Source: Paraspadella gotoi
Lineage: Eukaryota; Animalia; Chaetognatha
DNA: 64,000 nt
Assembly: GCA_051294375.1 (NCBI GenBank)
Contig: CM119264.1
Span: 9,680,757 to 9,744,756 of the forward strand
Reading direction: 5' to 3'
Below the pieces are notes generated by a model. It had not been told where the DNA came from, ran no database searches, and saw nothing but the letters and a program-made list of their open reading frames with translations. The first letter of the stretch is position 1. The number at the start of each line of letters is the position of its first letter. Shown here piece by piece: positions 18,650 to 40,460 of the stretch. The position numbers were made by a program, and so were the translations under genes.

Positions 18650-19100
18650 ATCAAAGAAAGGCTAAATAGTAGACGAACAAGGACGTGACAGAAGATAAAG
18701 GTACGAGAAGGAAACGAGGCGCAAATTGCGTCAATTGAGTCATTGTCATGTTTCAGGATCGACGGTCAAGTTATTTGTCTTTTTTCGATGTGTCTGGAGT
18801 TAAAACGTGGGATGGTTGATAGTCATGGTGTGCGGAGTTGGCTGGATAAAAGCGAAATCCGTGATTCAAGGGGAGTGAGTTTATTTGGAACGGAGCAGTT
18901 TGAAAATCCTTGGGAAAAAGTTGGTGAGAAAAGTGAGAACCGAGGAGGAAGTGAAATGGAAGAACCTCGAGATCCCCGAAGGAATCTCGGATAATGTGAG
19001 CCTGAACGAATCGAAAGATTTTGTGGAGTCGAGTTTATTAAATGTTAAACTCTCGCTTAAACGTTTCAAAGTTTTCGTTTATAACTTTATTAAATGTCAT
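18650..19100 (-). pseudogene. Possible highly decayed non-LTR (CR1/L2-like) ORF2 fragment
   Basis: Minus-strand translation SFDSFRLTLSEIP...TNFFPRIFKLLRSK*THSP*ITDF loosely resembles the 'F..DL...W...P.K......PWIT' linker between endonuclease and RT. It contains stops and the resemblance is weak. Confidence 0.25.
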
Positions 19101-19369
19101 GCTTATTTTGGATTCTAAAGAAAGAATATAACTTCTGAAAATTATCTTCGTTGCTAAAAATAGTAATAAAAATCAAGGACGATTTATCTCTTTTCATGCA
19201 AGGCAGTTTCGAGAATGGGGCGAAATTAAAGTTGGGTTGTGGGACATTTTCATTTTTAAACCGGTGGCTACAAATTCTGCTCTCTATTAATCCCATGCTC
19301 CAACAATTCAAGGCAAAAAAGGCGTCTCCTTATTATTATGTGCAGGCCATAGTGCTAAATAACACATAG

Positions 19370-19468
<99 letters not shown>

Positions 19469-20246
19469 GGCCCCGAACGTTTGGCGCGGTTTTCTACTCT
19501 TAAATTAGCAATAAAATATTCATGAGCTCTTTCGACTATGAAAAAGATTTCCAAAAATACGAAAGAAAGAAAAGACAAAAAAATTTAAAGTAAAGAAATG
19601 AAAGGAAAAAAAAAGGAAGAAGAGGAAAAAAATAGGGAATTTCCTCCCTCCTCGCCCTTTGAAAAGAAAAAAAGAAAAGAATTTAGGAAAGAAAAAAAAA
19701 GAAACTGGAATGGAGAATCGAGTTCTCGTTCTCGAAGACTTCCATCTTTTTACTCAGGCGTAAACGCGTAATAGCTAATAAATTATTGGCTCACTTTTCT
19801 CCTTCAATTTCCACGTCGTCACTCGCAGAGATAATTGCAGCCATGGAAACGTTCAACTTCGATCGTTGAAGAAAGTGACAGGAAGGTGGAGCCTTTGCGC
19901 TTCGTTTTATTGTCGTGACTGAAATAACGTACGACGATGAGGGAAAACGTTATTGACGCGTAGTTCTGCCTCTTAAACTACATTAAATTTAAAATTATTA
20001 ATTTTAGATTATTTTTCGTTGACGATTCGATTTATCGGCAAATCATTACTAATAACACTGCCCATTGGATAAGGCTGTACCGTCATCTTCGAACCCAATG
20101 GAACCGGGTTCGAACCCTGCAAAAGAGAGGAAAAGTTGCCTTGGAAAGATCTCCGAGGCCAACATTTTGTTCATTTCAAAATCATTTTTATAATAAACGT
20201 TGTTAAAGACACAAGTGCGACCAAGTTTAACCTCTCCCATTGTTAA

Positions 20247-22097
<1,851 letters not shown>

Positions 22098-23352
22098 ACG
22101 GCGCCGAGACTAAACTTCGTTAAAAGATAACATTTGAAAACTCAATGTGGCCGTACCACTTTTTGAAAAATGTCTGGAAAAGAGTGCATGGTGACCAACA
22201 AAGTTGTTGTTTTTGGCTTGTGAAAATTCTTCCAAGGACGGCAATCAGTCTACTAATTCCAATGGGTTTTGCTTCGAAGTATTTAAATTGCTCTTACAAA
22301 GGTATCTTTCAGAAGTTTTAGCTTAACAGTGAACAGTTTCAAGTGGTGTTGGTTTCTTTATCGCGTGCGGGCGCTAAGATTTGACTTCTCGGCGATTTTG
22401 ACGGGCGAGAATATAAAACTTTTTTTTTCATCGCAAGTCAATATTCAAAACATACGAAGTAATTAGAATCTTATGTATGGAATAGAATTATGCCGGGTTT
22501 ATGTTTATTTTAATTTTCGTTGCATATACGACGTATGTTTTTATTTTATGTATTCTTCACTGATACATACTTAAACGTTTCCTTAAAATAAGGTAATTTA
22601 TAGAAGTAAATGGATTTTCTTCAAAATTGCTTTTTTCAAGTACAAGATAATTTTGGTTTTGAAATTAGTATTAATTTTTTTATATAGGTCGTACCAATTT
22701 CACGAAATAAAAAGTTATGGAGATACCGTTTAAATTAAATCAAGTATTTCAGCCGATTTCGCTGAACTTAAAAAAACTTGGCTACCAATTTAATTATCTG
22801 TTTCGACCAGAGTACTTTCACAAAGTCTTAAAATTTCGACTAATAAATTTGAATAGAATGTCCCCTTTTTTCCCGTCGAGTTTAAAATTCAAATCCATCG
22901 AAATGTTCAACCCTCTCCCCTCCCCAACTCTTTTTTTCTCTCTCTCTCTCTCATTGATGTTTATATGTTATCGAATAACAGTCAACCATAAAATAACAAT
23001 TAAAATAAATTTATGTATTGTTGAATTGATTTAAAAAAAAAAATTATCGCCTTTCGATTCCAAGTTTAGTTTCGCTTAATCCTGTAAACCCTTTGATTTT
23101 TGTCGTGGTTAAAAAAAAATCTAGTCTTTGTCCTGAAAAAAAAAATTGTATTGACTAAAAATTTATTTCATAAAAAGAAAATGTTTACAAATTTTAAACA
23201 CATGCTCATTTGTTCAGTGTTTGATGATTAGTGTTGAATATAAATGATACCTCTCAACAATTAACTTATTTATAATGCTAATTGTTTCACGGAAAAAAAA
23301 AGAAAGATGCAGTTTTGACCAATTAATAGCTTTTAGGAGACTGTAAGGAGAA

Positions 23353-23368
23353 ATAGATAGATAGATAA

Positions 23369-23412
<44 letters not shown>
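23353..23412. repeat. (AGAT)n microsatellite
   Basis: Read directly from the sequence. Confidence 0.9.
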
Positions 23413-23413
<1 letters not shown>

Positions 23414-23577
23414 AGGCAAGAAAGAGAGATAGAGAGAGAGAGGGTGACCATGATATAAAACATCGCAAAGACGAATTTCTGTTAATGTTTATGCAAATTA
23501 GATAATTTTTTCTGCTCTCCAACCGCAATCACGAAACCGCCTTTTCTCATACTCTTGTATCGCAAGAGACCGAGAGG

Positions 23578-23631
<54 letters not shown>

Positions 23632-24052
23632 AAGAAAATATGTAAATGCGAAATTGAATAATAAAATCCGATGAAAAATCTTTTCCCAGATACGTAGTGA
23701 AAACGATTAATATTTTAATAAAAGTTTTCTTTTTTCAATATTTTTTTTTTTTTTTTGACGGACGAAGCATCTCTTCAATAGCGAAAAAAAGCATCATTCA
23801 GTAGATAAAATCAAATGTTGGTATTTTGGCGTGCTAACGGTAATCAATTCTCAATATTTTCTTCCTGTTTTCTTGGCGATTCCAAGACTCAATAGCGACA
23901 CCTGCTTTCGGTTGCAGACGATAAATCGACCCTTTGTCAATCGAAAATTAAACTAAACTAAATTAACAATTCACGATTTATATGCAGAGCGATAACAAAA
24001 ACAACTCTTGAAGACTCCCAATCTCCGAGGATTTTAAAAATTGATACAGGAA

Positions 24053-24190
<138 letters not shown>

Positions 24191-24490
24191 TTGTGTGCGT
24201 CTTGGAACGTTTGATAGAATTTAATAGTTTAAATACGTATATATGAACAGAAATCGAATTAGAATCAAATAGAATCAAACAAATCTAGACCTAACCGACT
24301 AACCGATTAACCGACTAACCAGCTACTTATGATTCCTTCAAAATAATGTCATAAACTTGTAAAAATGATTTCTAAAGACAGTAGGTGAAAGAGAGATAAA
24401 GAGAGAGTGAAAGAAAAAAAGAAAGAAAATGGAGAAGGAAGGAAAAGGGTTGGGTAAGAATGAAAGAAAGGTACAGTGATAAAAAACTAG

Positions 24491-24576
<86 letters not shown>

Positions 24577-27500
24577 AACGTTCCGGATAACGATTTTTGT
24601 CATTACGTCGGGAAATTTCATCAAACGCTTTGGAAAGAAAAAAAATCCCTGAGGAAACATTAGTTGCTCCGGTTTTTCTTCTCTTCCATATAAGGCGCGA
24701 AGGCAACAGAAAAAAAGAATCAAAATAAAAAGGGGAAAAGTTGGTCTTTTTTTTCAGCCGCGACTCGCGAAAGCGACTGTTTTTTCTAACTTTATTTAAA
24801 AATGACGTATTATTATATTTATTTAGCATAATTTTAAATTTTTATAACCAAATTATATTTTAAAAATTAAATGTGTTTGGATTTTAGATTTTGTGTTTAG
24901 ATCTTTTATTAATCTTTTATTATTATCTATTTACAATATTTTTTCGGAAAAATTATCGCACGGAATTCCTTAATATTTCAATTGTCAAAAACCTTAAAAA
25001 TGTACATAAAAATTTAAATAAGTAAGAGTTTCTCATAATATTCATTTTACAAAATATTTTGCAGCAACCGTCGCAACTTTGCTCAAATCCTTTCTGTTTA
25101 TTTCCTCTTTCCTTCTTTAGATTTTCTGATTCTTGATTTTTCAAGTTTCGCTGCCCCGCTCCGCCGCTGGCCCAACAGGGCGATTTGTCATTTTCGATGT
25201 TAAAGGGGTGAGAGAGATGTGGGAAAAAAGCGGAGAAGGGGGAAAAGGGAGATGTAAAAGGAAGATGCAATATCACTCCGGTGTCTGCATGGCAGAAAGA
25301 GACTCGTACTTGGCCAGCGAAATCTATAATCTTTTTAGAAAGTAACCTGGTCCTTTTTAAAAAGGAAGATTCAGCATCGGGTAAGGAAAGGTAAGGACAC
25401 GGAGGCAATCAGTCGACTCATATTAATTTCCTGGATTTCGAAGGTTGACGAAAGAGTGACATCCACGAGATGTCGAGACGCTAATTGCAAAAGGAAGATT
25501 TGCGTGGATAATTCTTGCGATGTATTACGGATGACGGTGATCTGTGTTTGATAATTTTGATTAGATTTCAGAGAGAGCGAGAAAAGAAGAGAAACGAAGT
25601 GATGAGAGAGAGACAGGAGAGAGAGAGAGAGATGAGAGACTGAGGACAGAGATGGAGAGAGAGAGAGCGACGTTAACTATTTCTCTCTGATATCCCATAT
25701 TTTACTTCTACGGAGTCACTGACATATCACGCGTGGCATATCATAATCATGATTATGTTTTCTGCCCCATCATATCCGATAGGAATTTTCTTATTTCTTA
25801 TTACTTATTTCCTTAGATCGTACATCATGTTTATCAGAATCGTTAACTATATCATCATTTTAATTACTAATATCATATTTTGTAACCTCGTACAACATCG
25901 TGTCACCACTAAACATCATCATCATCAAGCAATATCATTCTCGAATCAATTTTTTTCTTCATTCTTTATCGATTTTCACGCTAATTTCGTCGACGTCGTT
26001 ATGGTGCGGAAAACCTCTTGTATTATCGGATTTTTTTTTCTTTTCCGCTTCGGTTTTTTTAAGGTTGAATCGTTGTTAGTATCTTTCCTGGCGAATATAT
26101 AAAGTCTCTAATACATGCTTTTACACTTCTTAATTAAATTTTGCCTTTTTCTCATGTGTAGTAGCTGAAACGTGCTATCAGAGTAGTCTCAGAGTGTGAA
26201 CCAGGCAAATCGACGCTCTTAACAAACTAAAAGATAACAGATTCAGCAGGAGTTTGGGTCATTATTATTAACCTTTTTGGCTGTTTTAACACGGAATTAT
26301 CCTTTATAGTTTGAAAACCTTATTGGAATAGATGTACTTTGGAGTTGTTCTAAATTGGCGATCCGGATTCTAAAGAGGGCTAAAGCGGCGCAATTAAAAA
26401 TATATGAGGCTGATAAAAAAAAAAACAGTCTAACTCAACATGTCGATCGAGTTCTACAACCCGAGTTTACGAGTTTATCAAGAAAATTAATTCGTTGAAA
26501 CCTTTCAAGCGGATGGAACCGTTTCTAGTAAATAACATCGAAGCTGCCACGTTTCCCTTCGATTCCCCGACGCTCATAAAACGTGAAGAAATTAAACCGG
26601 AAAATTAATTAAGATCGCAGGAACGCGATCAATAGCTTTATCTGGAATAAAATTTTGTGAAATGTTATGTAAAAATTTAAATTAAATACAGTAAGAATTT
26701 GATTCTTGCCTTGGGTATCCGACCAGTTTAACTATTTACCATTTAAAGTTTAGCAGCAACATCAGTTTAAAAGAACTAATTTAGTTAAAGAGGTACCAAT
26801 TTTAACTTACAACTGCGAATTAACAATGTTTTTGGAATGACCTTTTTTTTGTCTAATATACAAGAAGAAACAACAAACTAAAAATTCGCAACCAAGAAAA
26901 AAGAAAAAAAAAAGAAGAAAACCAAAAACATTCTTTCATATTCGTTTTTTGACGGGAGACGGCGTTGTTTTGTTCGATTGTTGATTCGGCGTCGACTGCG
27001 ACTGACGTGGCGGCCGCCCGGAGCGCCACGATCGCCGCCCGGAAGAAAAAAAAGTTAACTCGCGGAGTAAACAAAGGACTAGCGGAAAAAAGGAAAGGAA
27101 GAGAATTATTAGAAAGAAGGAACGTGAAGAAGAAACCTTGTCGACAGGTAGAAAATGAAAAAAAGGAGGGAAAGAGATTGGAGGGGAAGAGGATGAGGAG
27201 AAGAAAAAGGGAAAAAAAAATAAGCGCTTGATTTATGTGAAGTCTTATATATGTGGGAGAGAGTAGAACTACTAGTCGAAGAGAAAGTGAGTGGGTGGAC
27301 GAGCAGCCGATTAGAAACGAGATACGAAAAGATCAAATAGAAAAGGGGAAAAAAATAAGGGGGGGGGATTAAGGAAGAGAGAAAACAAAGAAGGTTTAAA
27401 AAGGACAACGACTAAAGCCCCCCTCCAAAAAAAAAAAAAAATAAAAGAGAAAGAAATATAACTAATTTTCGTAAGAGAAATAAAAGAATCGAAAATACGA

Positions 27501-27877
27501 AAGGAAAAAAAACCAAAAAAACTTAAAGAATAGAAACAGAAAAAAAGAGAGAAAATAAAAGATTAAACAAAATTACAAAAAATATTAAGATTCACGCGAA
27601 TCTAATTCTCCCAATTACACCAAGGCGGAAATTCCAACTTTGAAGGCGAATTTTTGGTTTTCCTAAAGCGATTTAAAAAAGTAGCTCAACTTCTCTCTCT
27701 TCTCTCACTTCCCAACTCCTCATCGACTTTCGCGATTCTCTCTATTCCTTTCTTCCACTTCCCTCTCTTTTATTTTTTTATTTCCTCGTTCTCCCTTCTC
27801 CCTCCACCCTCTCCCCCTCTCGCTTTCCTCCCTGCCGTCCAGCTCGCCTCCCTCCGGAGTTTTAATCACTCCGGCGC

Positions 27878-27878
<1 letters not shown>

Positions 27879-27926
<48 letters not shown>

Positions 27927-27971
27927 TACGACGACGACGACGACTACGACGACGACTTCAAGGACGACGAC
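27879..27971. repeat. (GAC)n microsatellite
   Basis: Read directly. Similar arrays occur at about 31582-31620 and 31979-32048. Confidence 0.9.
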
Positions 27972-28090
27972 GGAAAAACCCAAGAAGACAACAAGGAAGA
28001 GGGAAAGAAACAGTTTCTGTCTTCTTTTCCCCTTTATCAACTTCGACGACTTTTGCAACATGGACGGCATCAGGGCATTAGGCTTTAGTA

Positions 28091-33973
<5,883 letters not shown>

Positions 33974-35328
33974 CTGAGCGGACAAACGTACCAACCCAAC
34001 ATCAGATCGCTGGTTTTTAGAATTCTCGGTGTGAAGCGAAACGGCATTGGGATATATTGTGGCAACAGAAACACGCGAACCCTCACCCGAGTTCATCTCT
34101 CTCTATGTTTTTACCAAAGTTCCCATACCGCAGTTCACATGTAACTTACTAGATATGTCAACATCTTCACAATTAACCAATGAGAACGTGAGAGTATTTA
34201 ATCCGTAATATACTGTGGGTGAACGAGTACTTAGTGGTCCAAGCCAATGGGACGTGCTGAGTGTCACCAGGCTATACGGGAGGCAAATTTAGGATTCGCC
34301 ACAACATTAAATTTTATTATATGTCTACGTATATATGTACAAAATAGCTGAAAATGACAGGAAAATAGAATAGAAACAACTTTATAAAAGATAAAACGTC
34401 CAGAGACAAAGGTTCAATGACTAGAAAGTGAGAAGAAATAGAAAATAAGGACTAGGTGAGCGAAGTCAGGAAATGAATGGGAAAGTGAATGGGGAAGTGA
34501 ATGGGGAAGAGATTGGCGAAGCGCCGCGGCAGCAAAAGGAGCGTTGAACCCTTGGATCGAGTCTGACGTCCCGAGAGAGAGAAACAATGACGCAATTCAC
34601 AGTCGAGCGAAGAGCGAAATGTTGAAAATAAAGGAGCTTCGATTGAGAGAGGGGGAAGGGGGGGGAAGGGGGTTGGATGAGAGGCTTTGAAAATTGGGTA
34701 TTGAGAATGAAGAAGACAAATGGGAAGAGGAACTGGGGTCGAAGAAGTGAAGGAATACGTAAATACATAAAGTCATAAACTCTCGCAGCACAACTTAAAG
34801 CTGCCTGACCGCTGACCTTCCTTAGACGAGTCTCAATGGCTGAGCACTGCTAGCATGCTCAGTGCTCACTGCTCAGCCTTTGAGACTTGTGAACAGGATA
34901 AATCATCTCGTTTCCATCATGCGTCCCGGGTTCAATCCCTAGCTAACCCTCTTCTGTCCAAAAAAAATGCGCCACTTAATAACTAAAAATTCCGCATTTT
35001 TTATGTTGGTAGTTTTAAAAATTATATAAACATATTAAAAAAAAAAAGTAACCAATGTGTTTAAATTTTATTATAATCGGTCACAGTATTTGATCATTTC
35101 ATTTTACTCTCATTTGAAATCAATTTTTTTTATATTCAGCTTTGCGGTAAAGTACTTCATATTAAAAAATCATTGCTTCTAAATGGATAGCCCAATTTTA
35201 ATAAAATTTATGGCAAACTTATCTTTTAATAAATTTTAAATTATTTTTAAGTTTAAAAAAAAAATTAAAAAAGATAGGGTGATTTTTAAAGTCTGAAATA
35301 AAGTTGAGCGTTTTTTTGCACAGGACTG

Positions 35329-35640
35329 TATGAAATTGGTACAACCAATATAAAAATTATCCATTCATTTAATAAATAAGCTATCTTGCCCCTGACTTTG
35401 GACAGGCTTTGGTGGTTTAAGGCCTCCATCACTCTTACAAGATAATGACATAGCAGGTCCCTGCAAGCTTTCAATCAGGACTCTCTCACAGTCTCGTTTA
35501 TTCACTCCCAGAGTACCTGGCTTCCCTATCAATGTGACAGAGACTGTTTAAACATGATACTGACAGGAGGGGTTCACCGCATCCACTTGGTGAGATACCC
35601 CGCGCCCCCGGTATCACAAGCAATCCTCCCGCTGCCATTA
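35329..35640 (-). mobile_element. Interspersed repeat copy (longer; SINE-like)
   Basis: 35329-35511 is the reverse complement of 17426-17608. A GC-richer extension to about 35640 is probably the rest of the element. Confidence 0.65.
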
Positions 35641-35941
35641 CACTCATATTTATCGAATCTATGACGATTCGTTTAATTTATTACTATTTTAACCCAGATT
35701 CCTGTTAATTTAGTTTTTTCTGCCGGCTTTTATAACGAGCTCAGCGCTTTTTTGACACCAAATATCACAATGACACAAAGCGAAGACTTTTCAAAACTTA
35801 CAGGAAATATTTCAAAAAGTAATTTCTCGTGAAATAAACACGATAGTTAGTACGTATTAACCCAAGTAATCTAGATTATAAAACTGAACGTTTGCTTCAA
35901 AGATCTAGTGCTACCGCCACATTCAGATCAAGGTCGCTAAC

Positions 35942-37299
35942 TCAAATGGTTTCCTCCAAATCTTCGAAACCCTGAAGTGTCGGCTTCAATTCCGCCAGCA
36001 GCTCGTCAATTTCCTTCGCCGTCTTTTCCTCCATCATTTCCTTCCATTCGCCGACGATTCCTCTTCGGAAAAACATGTTCATTGGATGAGAGTCCTTCGC
36101 TTCCTCAGCCGCGGCCCATTCCTTCATACGCGGCAAGGTTGTCTTCTCCTCGATCAACCTGCGGAGAGAAGGCAAATATTTAGTGAATATTATAATAATT
36201 TTTTATTTAGATATTTCATTGTAATTGTTCATTTAACTTGCCTCAAAAAATCGTCGCTAACATCGATGTTCAAAAATTCAGCAATTTTTCGCAAATTATG
36301 CACGAAATCCACTTTCATTTTTTCGTATTGAATCACGAAGACGTTGTCTTTTCCGACCAGGCTTTCGTAATAAGATCGATAGTGCTGGAACCTTAATTAA
36401 TTTTGTGATGAAGTTTTTCTCAGTGATTTTTACAGGTATTTAGGTTTTTACAAATTATCTTAGATTTGCATTTATAAATTACCATGATCCGGAGATCAGA
36501 TCTCCGTCTAGCCAACGCTTGTTGAAAGTAGAGAAATCACCTTGAAAAAGAATTTACTTTTCATAAAAAAAAGAAGCTAATTGTGACTGTGACTGTGTTC
36601 TCTCACCTGTAATCCCGTTGTTGTGTCCTAGGTACATCTTCATAAATTGGTAAAACGATACGGCGGTATCTTTTGGATTTCTGAAAATTATTTTTAATCG
36701 AAAGTCAATTTCATTGATCTGTGACTTTTAATAACTCAGAATTATAAATTATTTTATTGTCTACTTTTGTTTGAGAATATTTGACTACTTTTTACGGCTC
36801 CCAAAAAGGTAAAACTAGTTTTAGATTCTTTTAAATAGAGATTCATAATAATAAAAAAAATGTNNNNNNNNNNNNNNNNNNNNNNNNNTTCTTCGCTACT
36901 GACCGATCAAAACAAAGATTTTGATTTTCTTGTTCTCAATAATGTCTCGAGGCAGATGCCGGTATGGCATGTGAGTTGCAAAAATTCTTGGTTGCGGGGC
37001 AACTGTCGATCAATTCTGCGTCGCATGAAAATTCCATAAGACCGCCTTCCACCTAAGAGTTCGTGCTTTTATATAGCCTTAACTCGAAAAAGTAACAAAC
37101 ATAACCTACCCTGACAAGTTCCTCTGAATCCGCGTCATGAGCATTCCTAAATATCCATGCGCCCAATGATTTCAGATTAGGGTAAGAACAAAAATGACGT
37201 CTCCATCACGAACTTAACCTGAATCGAGAAAAACGAAGACTTTAATTAAAATTCCGACAAAAAGGAAGATAATTAATTTTAAATGTAACTATTATATCA

Positions 37300-37373
<74 letters not shown>

Positions 37374-37806
37374 ACATTCTTTCTCTTCATTTTCATCTCA
37401 TTTACAGCATATATTCATTTTAATGAAGGTATACTTCAGTATAATTAAATATTTTAAGTACGATAAGCTTAAATATTAAGTTCTCTCTCTCTCTCCTCTC
37501 TCTCTCTCCTCTCTCTCTCTCCTCTCTCTCCTCTCTCTCTCTCTCTCTCTATCTTGTATTTGTCCACTGGTATAGTTCAATTCAGGTATAAGTTTACGTT
37601 TAGTCAATTCCGTTGGAGGTACAATAATTCAATTTTTGAATGTCAGTTATTATCTTTAAATTTTGTGGTACCTTCTCCCTAAAATATCGAATTTTCCTGA
37701 ACCGACTCCATGTAAATGGGTAACGAAACCATCGATGTAAACGCAGGTATGTCGACCGGATCTGATATATCTTCCAACTGAATATTGACTCCGTCTCGTT
37801 GCTCAT
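35942..37806 (-). CDS. Cytosolic (aryl/SULT1-like) PAPS-dependent sulfotransferase; 5' exons carry indels
   Basis: Exons about 37806-37672, 37218-37110, 37052-36904, 36680-36607, 36540-36483, 36391-36242 and 36158-35942. Motifs: VRDGDV..SYP(K)S(G)NHW (5'-PSB, frameshifted), PRIFATHMPY..LP (catalytic His), RNPKDTAVSFY (3'-PB), GSWFQHY, YEKMK.D, FFRRGIVGEWK. The last four exons are clean; all indels lie on the far side of the 25-N gap at 36864-36888. Confidence 0.9.
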
Positions 37807-38633
37807 GTTGGCAAAAAAAAATCTGGTTTCGTGACGGATTCACTTGCAGTACCATAAAGATACAATGTAGAATAAACTATTTTTTTTAAATTATTCGACT
37901 TTAATTCGTACTTGATGAAGCTTTCAAACAGGTTTTTAATATTTAAAAACTGGTTTTTGAAAATTTTTTAAAATTTCAAAATTTTAAAAATCAGTTTGTG
38001 TCTTTCCTCCGCGCATTATTTTCCCAGAATGCCCCATTTTAATGTTAAAGATTTGGTTATTGAAAAAAGTTAGGGACTTGGTAGTTATAGCATTAAGGTT
38101 TACGGTTAGAGGATAGAGGTTAGGTTAGGTTATGGATTGGTTCATAAGTTTAAAAATATATGGCTTAGTTCTCCAACAATTAGGTTTTCAAAATGAATCG
38201 AGAGACTGTGAAATATGCTCAAGATGAGTTGTTCTTTTTTCTCTCTTTTCATATATTAGTTTTCGGCAGCTCCGAACTGAAGGGCGCTTTCGTAACAAGT
38301 CATAATTGGTAAACTTTTTTGTAAATAGTTTGGATGATTGCAATCTCAAAAGTGATTTTTTTCCCTCAAGAAAGGTATAAACACTGCAGTAGACCAATAT
38401 ATCATCTGACCTAAGAAATAAATTGATAACTAAATAACTTCCCTATCCTTTCAATTCACAGACAGAAGAGCAATGAGGGTCTTCTGCTGAGCTACAAGAA
38501 TAAAACAAACAACTTGGCCGTTCACCCAATTTCACCACCTGTATTTTTCGTTTCATGATGTTTCACGATAACAAATTCTGTCTCTACTGTAAAATACAGA
38601 AACTTTTCAACGAAGTAGTCGCTTGTTTAGAAA
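37807..38633. promoter_or_regulatory. Short divergent intergenic region (candidate bidirectional promoter) between SULT and DNAJC5
   Basis: About 830 bp between divergent start codons; it contains a degenerate GGTTA tract at 38097-38132. No transcription start site is directly visible. Confidence 0.4.
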
Positions 38634-40152
38634 ATGTCCGGAGCAGATAAAAGACGGCTCTCGTAAGTTATTGGTTTTTGGCGTATTATACTTTACTTTG
38701 GGCGTTGCTTACATATTCAGGAAATAACGAAAATTCTTTATGCGCAACCAAAACATATTTCTATACGTAATGTCAAACTCAAATACAGAAATAAAGATTT
38801 AAACATGCTTTTCTGGCAACGAGAAGGTTTCCAAATTTACATGCTTTTGTGTAAAGTGACGTAATATCACTGCGAACTAATATAAAATATAATAAACATT
38901 ATTAATTAAAGTTTTTTGCATTTACTAATTGCCAAAGATATACATACAATTGATTTTGTGGATCGCAGGGCCAAAGGGTGAATCTCTCTATCTACTTCTC
39001 GACATTCAAAAAGACGCCGCCCCGGACGAAGTCAAAAAAAGCCTACAGAAAAGTCAGTATTCTAAGTTATTCTAAACGTTGTCATAAACGAATCTTTATT
39101 CGTTTTATCCTAATTTGTTCTAATTGACAGTTGGCGTTAAAACATCATCCGGATTAAAAACCCCGACAACCCCGGCGCAGCGGAGAAGGTTAAAAGTCGT
39201 CGTCATTCTTTGTATTTTCTTTGTTATGATCTCGCAGACTTTTAAAGCTTTAAATTCAATTGATAAAATTGTTTTTCGGCTTTAAGCAAATTTGATAAAC
39301 GTGAACAAATAAAATGATATTTTGTTTTTCATGTAGTTCAAAGAGATCAACCACGCTCATTCAGTATTAAGCGACGAAAAAAAAGCGTCGCATCTACGAC
39401 GAATACGGAAGCTTTGGTCTCTACGTCGCCGAGCAATTCGGGGACGACAACGTGAACACTTACTTCAGATTGACTAGTCCGTGGTGCAAGTAAGGCCATT
39501 GAACCAATGAGAGACGTATGACCCATTCATCCTCGCTTTTCCTCTATCCGATATTCAATTTGTATCATTTCCCTTCAGGCCCTTCTGGTATTTTGCGGCT
39601 GCATCACAGGCTGCTATTTCTGCTGCTGCTGCTTCTGTTGCTGTTTCAACTTTTGCTGCGGCAAGTGCCAGCCGTCTACTCCATACGATGACCTCGATCC
39701 TCAGTGCGATCCCGATGAAGTACGTTCACAGTGTCGGTCTCTCTCACTCAACACCCCTCTTTGTCTCAACACCCCATTTTATAGCTTCATCTTTTTTTAA
39801 TCACTCCTCTTGGCGTAGCAGGACAACGGTGAAGACGAGGTCGATCCCGGTGTGTGACGTCACAACCGAATCGTCGCCGTCTCGAGAGAAGGGGCCGGTT
39901 TTCGCGATGCCCCCTCCACCCACGCCAACGGTGTGGTGAGTGGGATGGGGGTGTGGGTGGGGTCGCTGCGTCGATGCGAAGTTTGGTGAAGAACTAAAAT
40001 AGTTGCGCAGAAAGACGTCAGTGATGGATCAGTCACAAAAAAAGTGTCAAATGAAATGAAAATTGGTTGTTGTTGTCATTGTTTGGCTTGTTACTTTTTT
40101 TGTTTTGAAGTAAGCGCAGTTCCCATTGATATTTTCGTAATTATGTTATATA

Positions 40153-40187
<35 letters not shown>

Positions 40188-40460
40188 TATTATTATGTAT
40201 ATATATATTAGCTGAACAATATTTTTAAAAAATTATACTACTACTGTTTTTTGTTGTTTTTTTTTACAGCTGATCCATTCCCTTCGAAAGTAACGGAGAA
40301 CACGACGTAAAATTCCGATTCTAAAGAGGTCTACGGGGGACCCTCAATCAGACTGTCACTTCTCAGCCTTCGCCGTCGTCGTCGCCGACGAAGACGACGA
40401 CGTCGTTAGCGGAGAACGACGACGACGACGACGACATCGTCTTCCGCTGCCGTAGAGTGA
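38634..40460 (+). pseudogene. DNAJC5: DNAJC5 copy 1, frameshifted as assembled (probably an error-laden duplicate)
   Basis: Collinear with 45845-47680, with single-base indels (e.g. TCCGGGAG, CCGGATTAAA, a lost donor G at 39490). Confidence 0.8.

Noticed and set aside
27654-28088. Poly-Asp acidic protein ORF (biomineralisation-like)
   Set aside because: It is explained by a (GAC)n array like other non-coding ones nearby; non-ATG start and no clear exon boundaries.
38097-38132. TTAGG telomere-like tract
   Set aside because: Only a few degenerate units in an internal position; insufficient to call an interstitial telomere or to infer the taxon.
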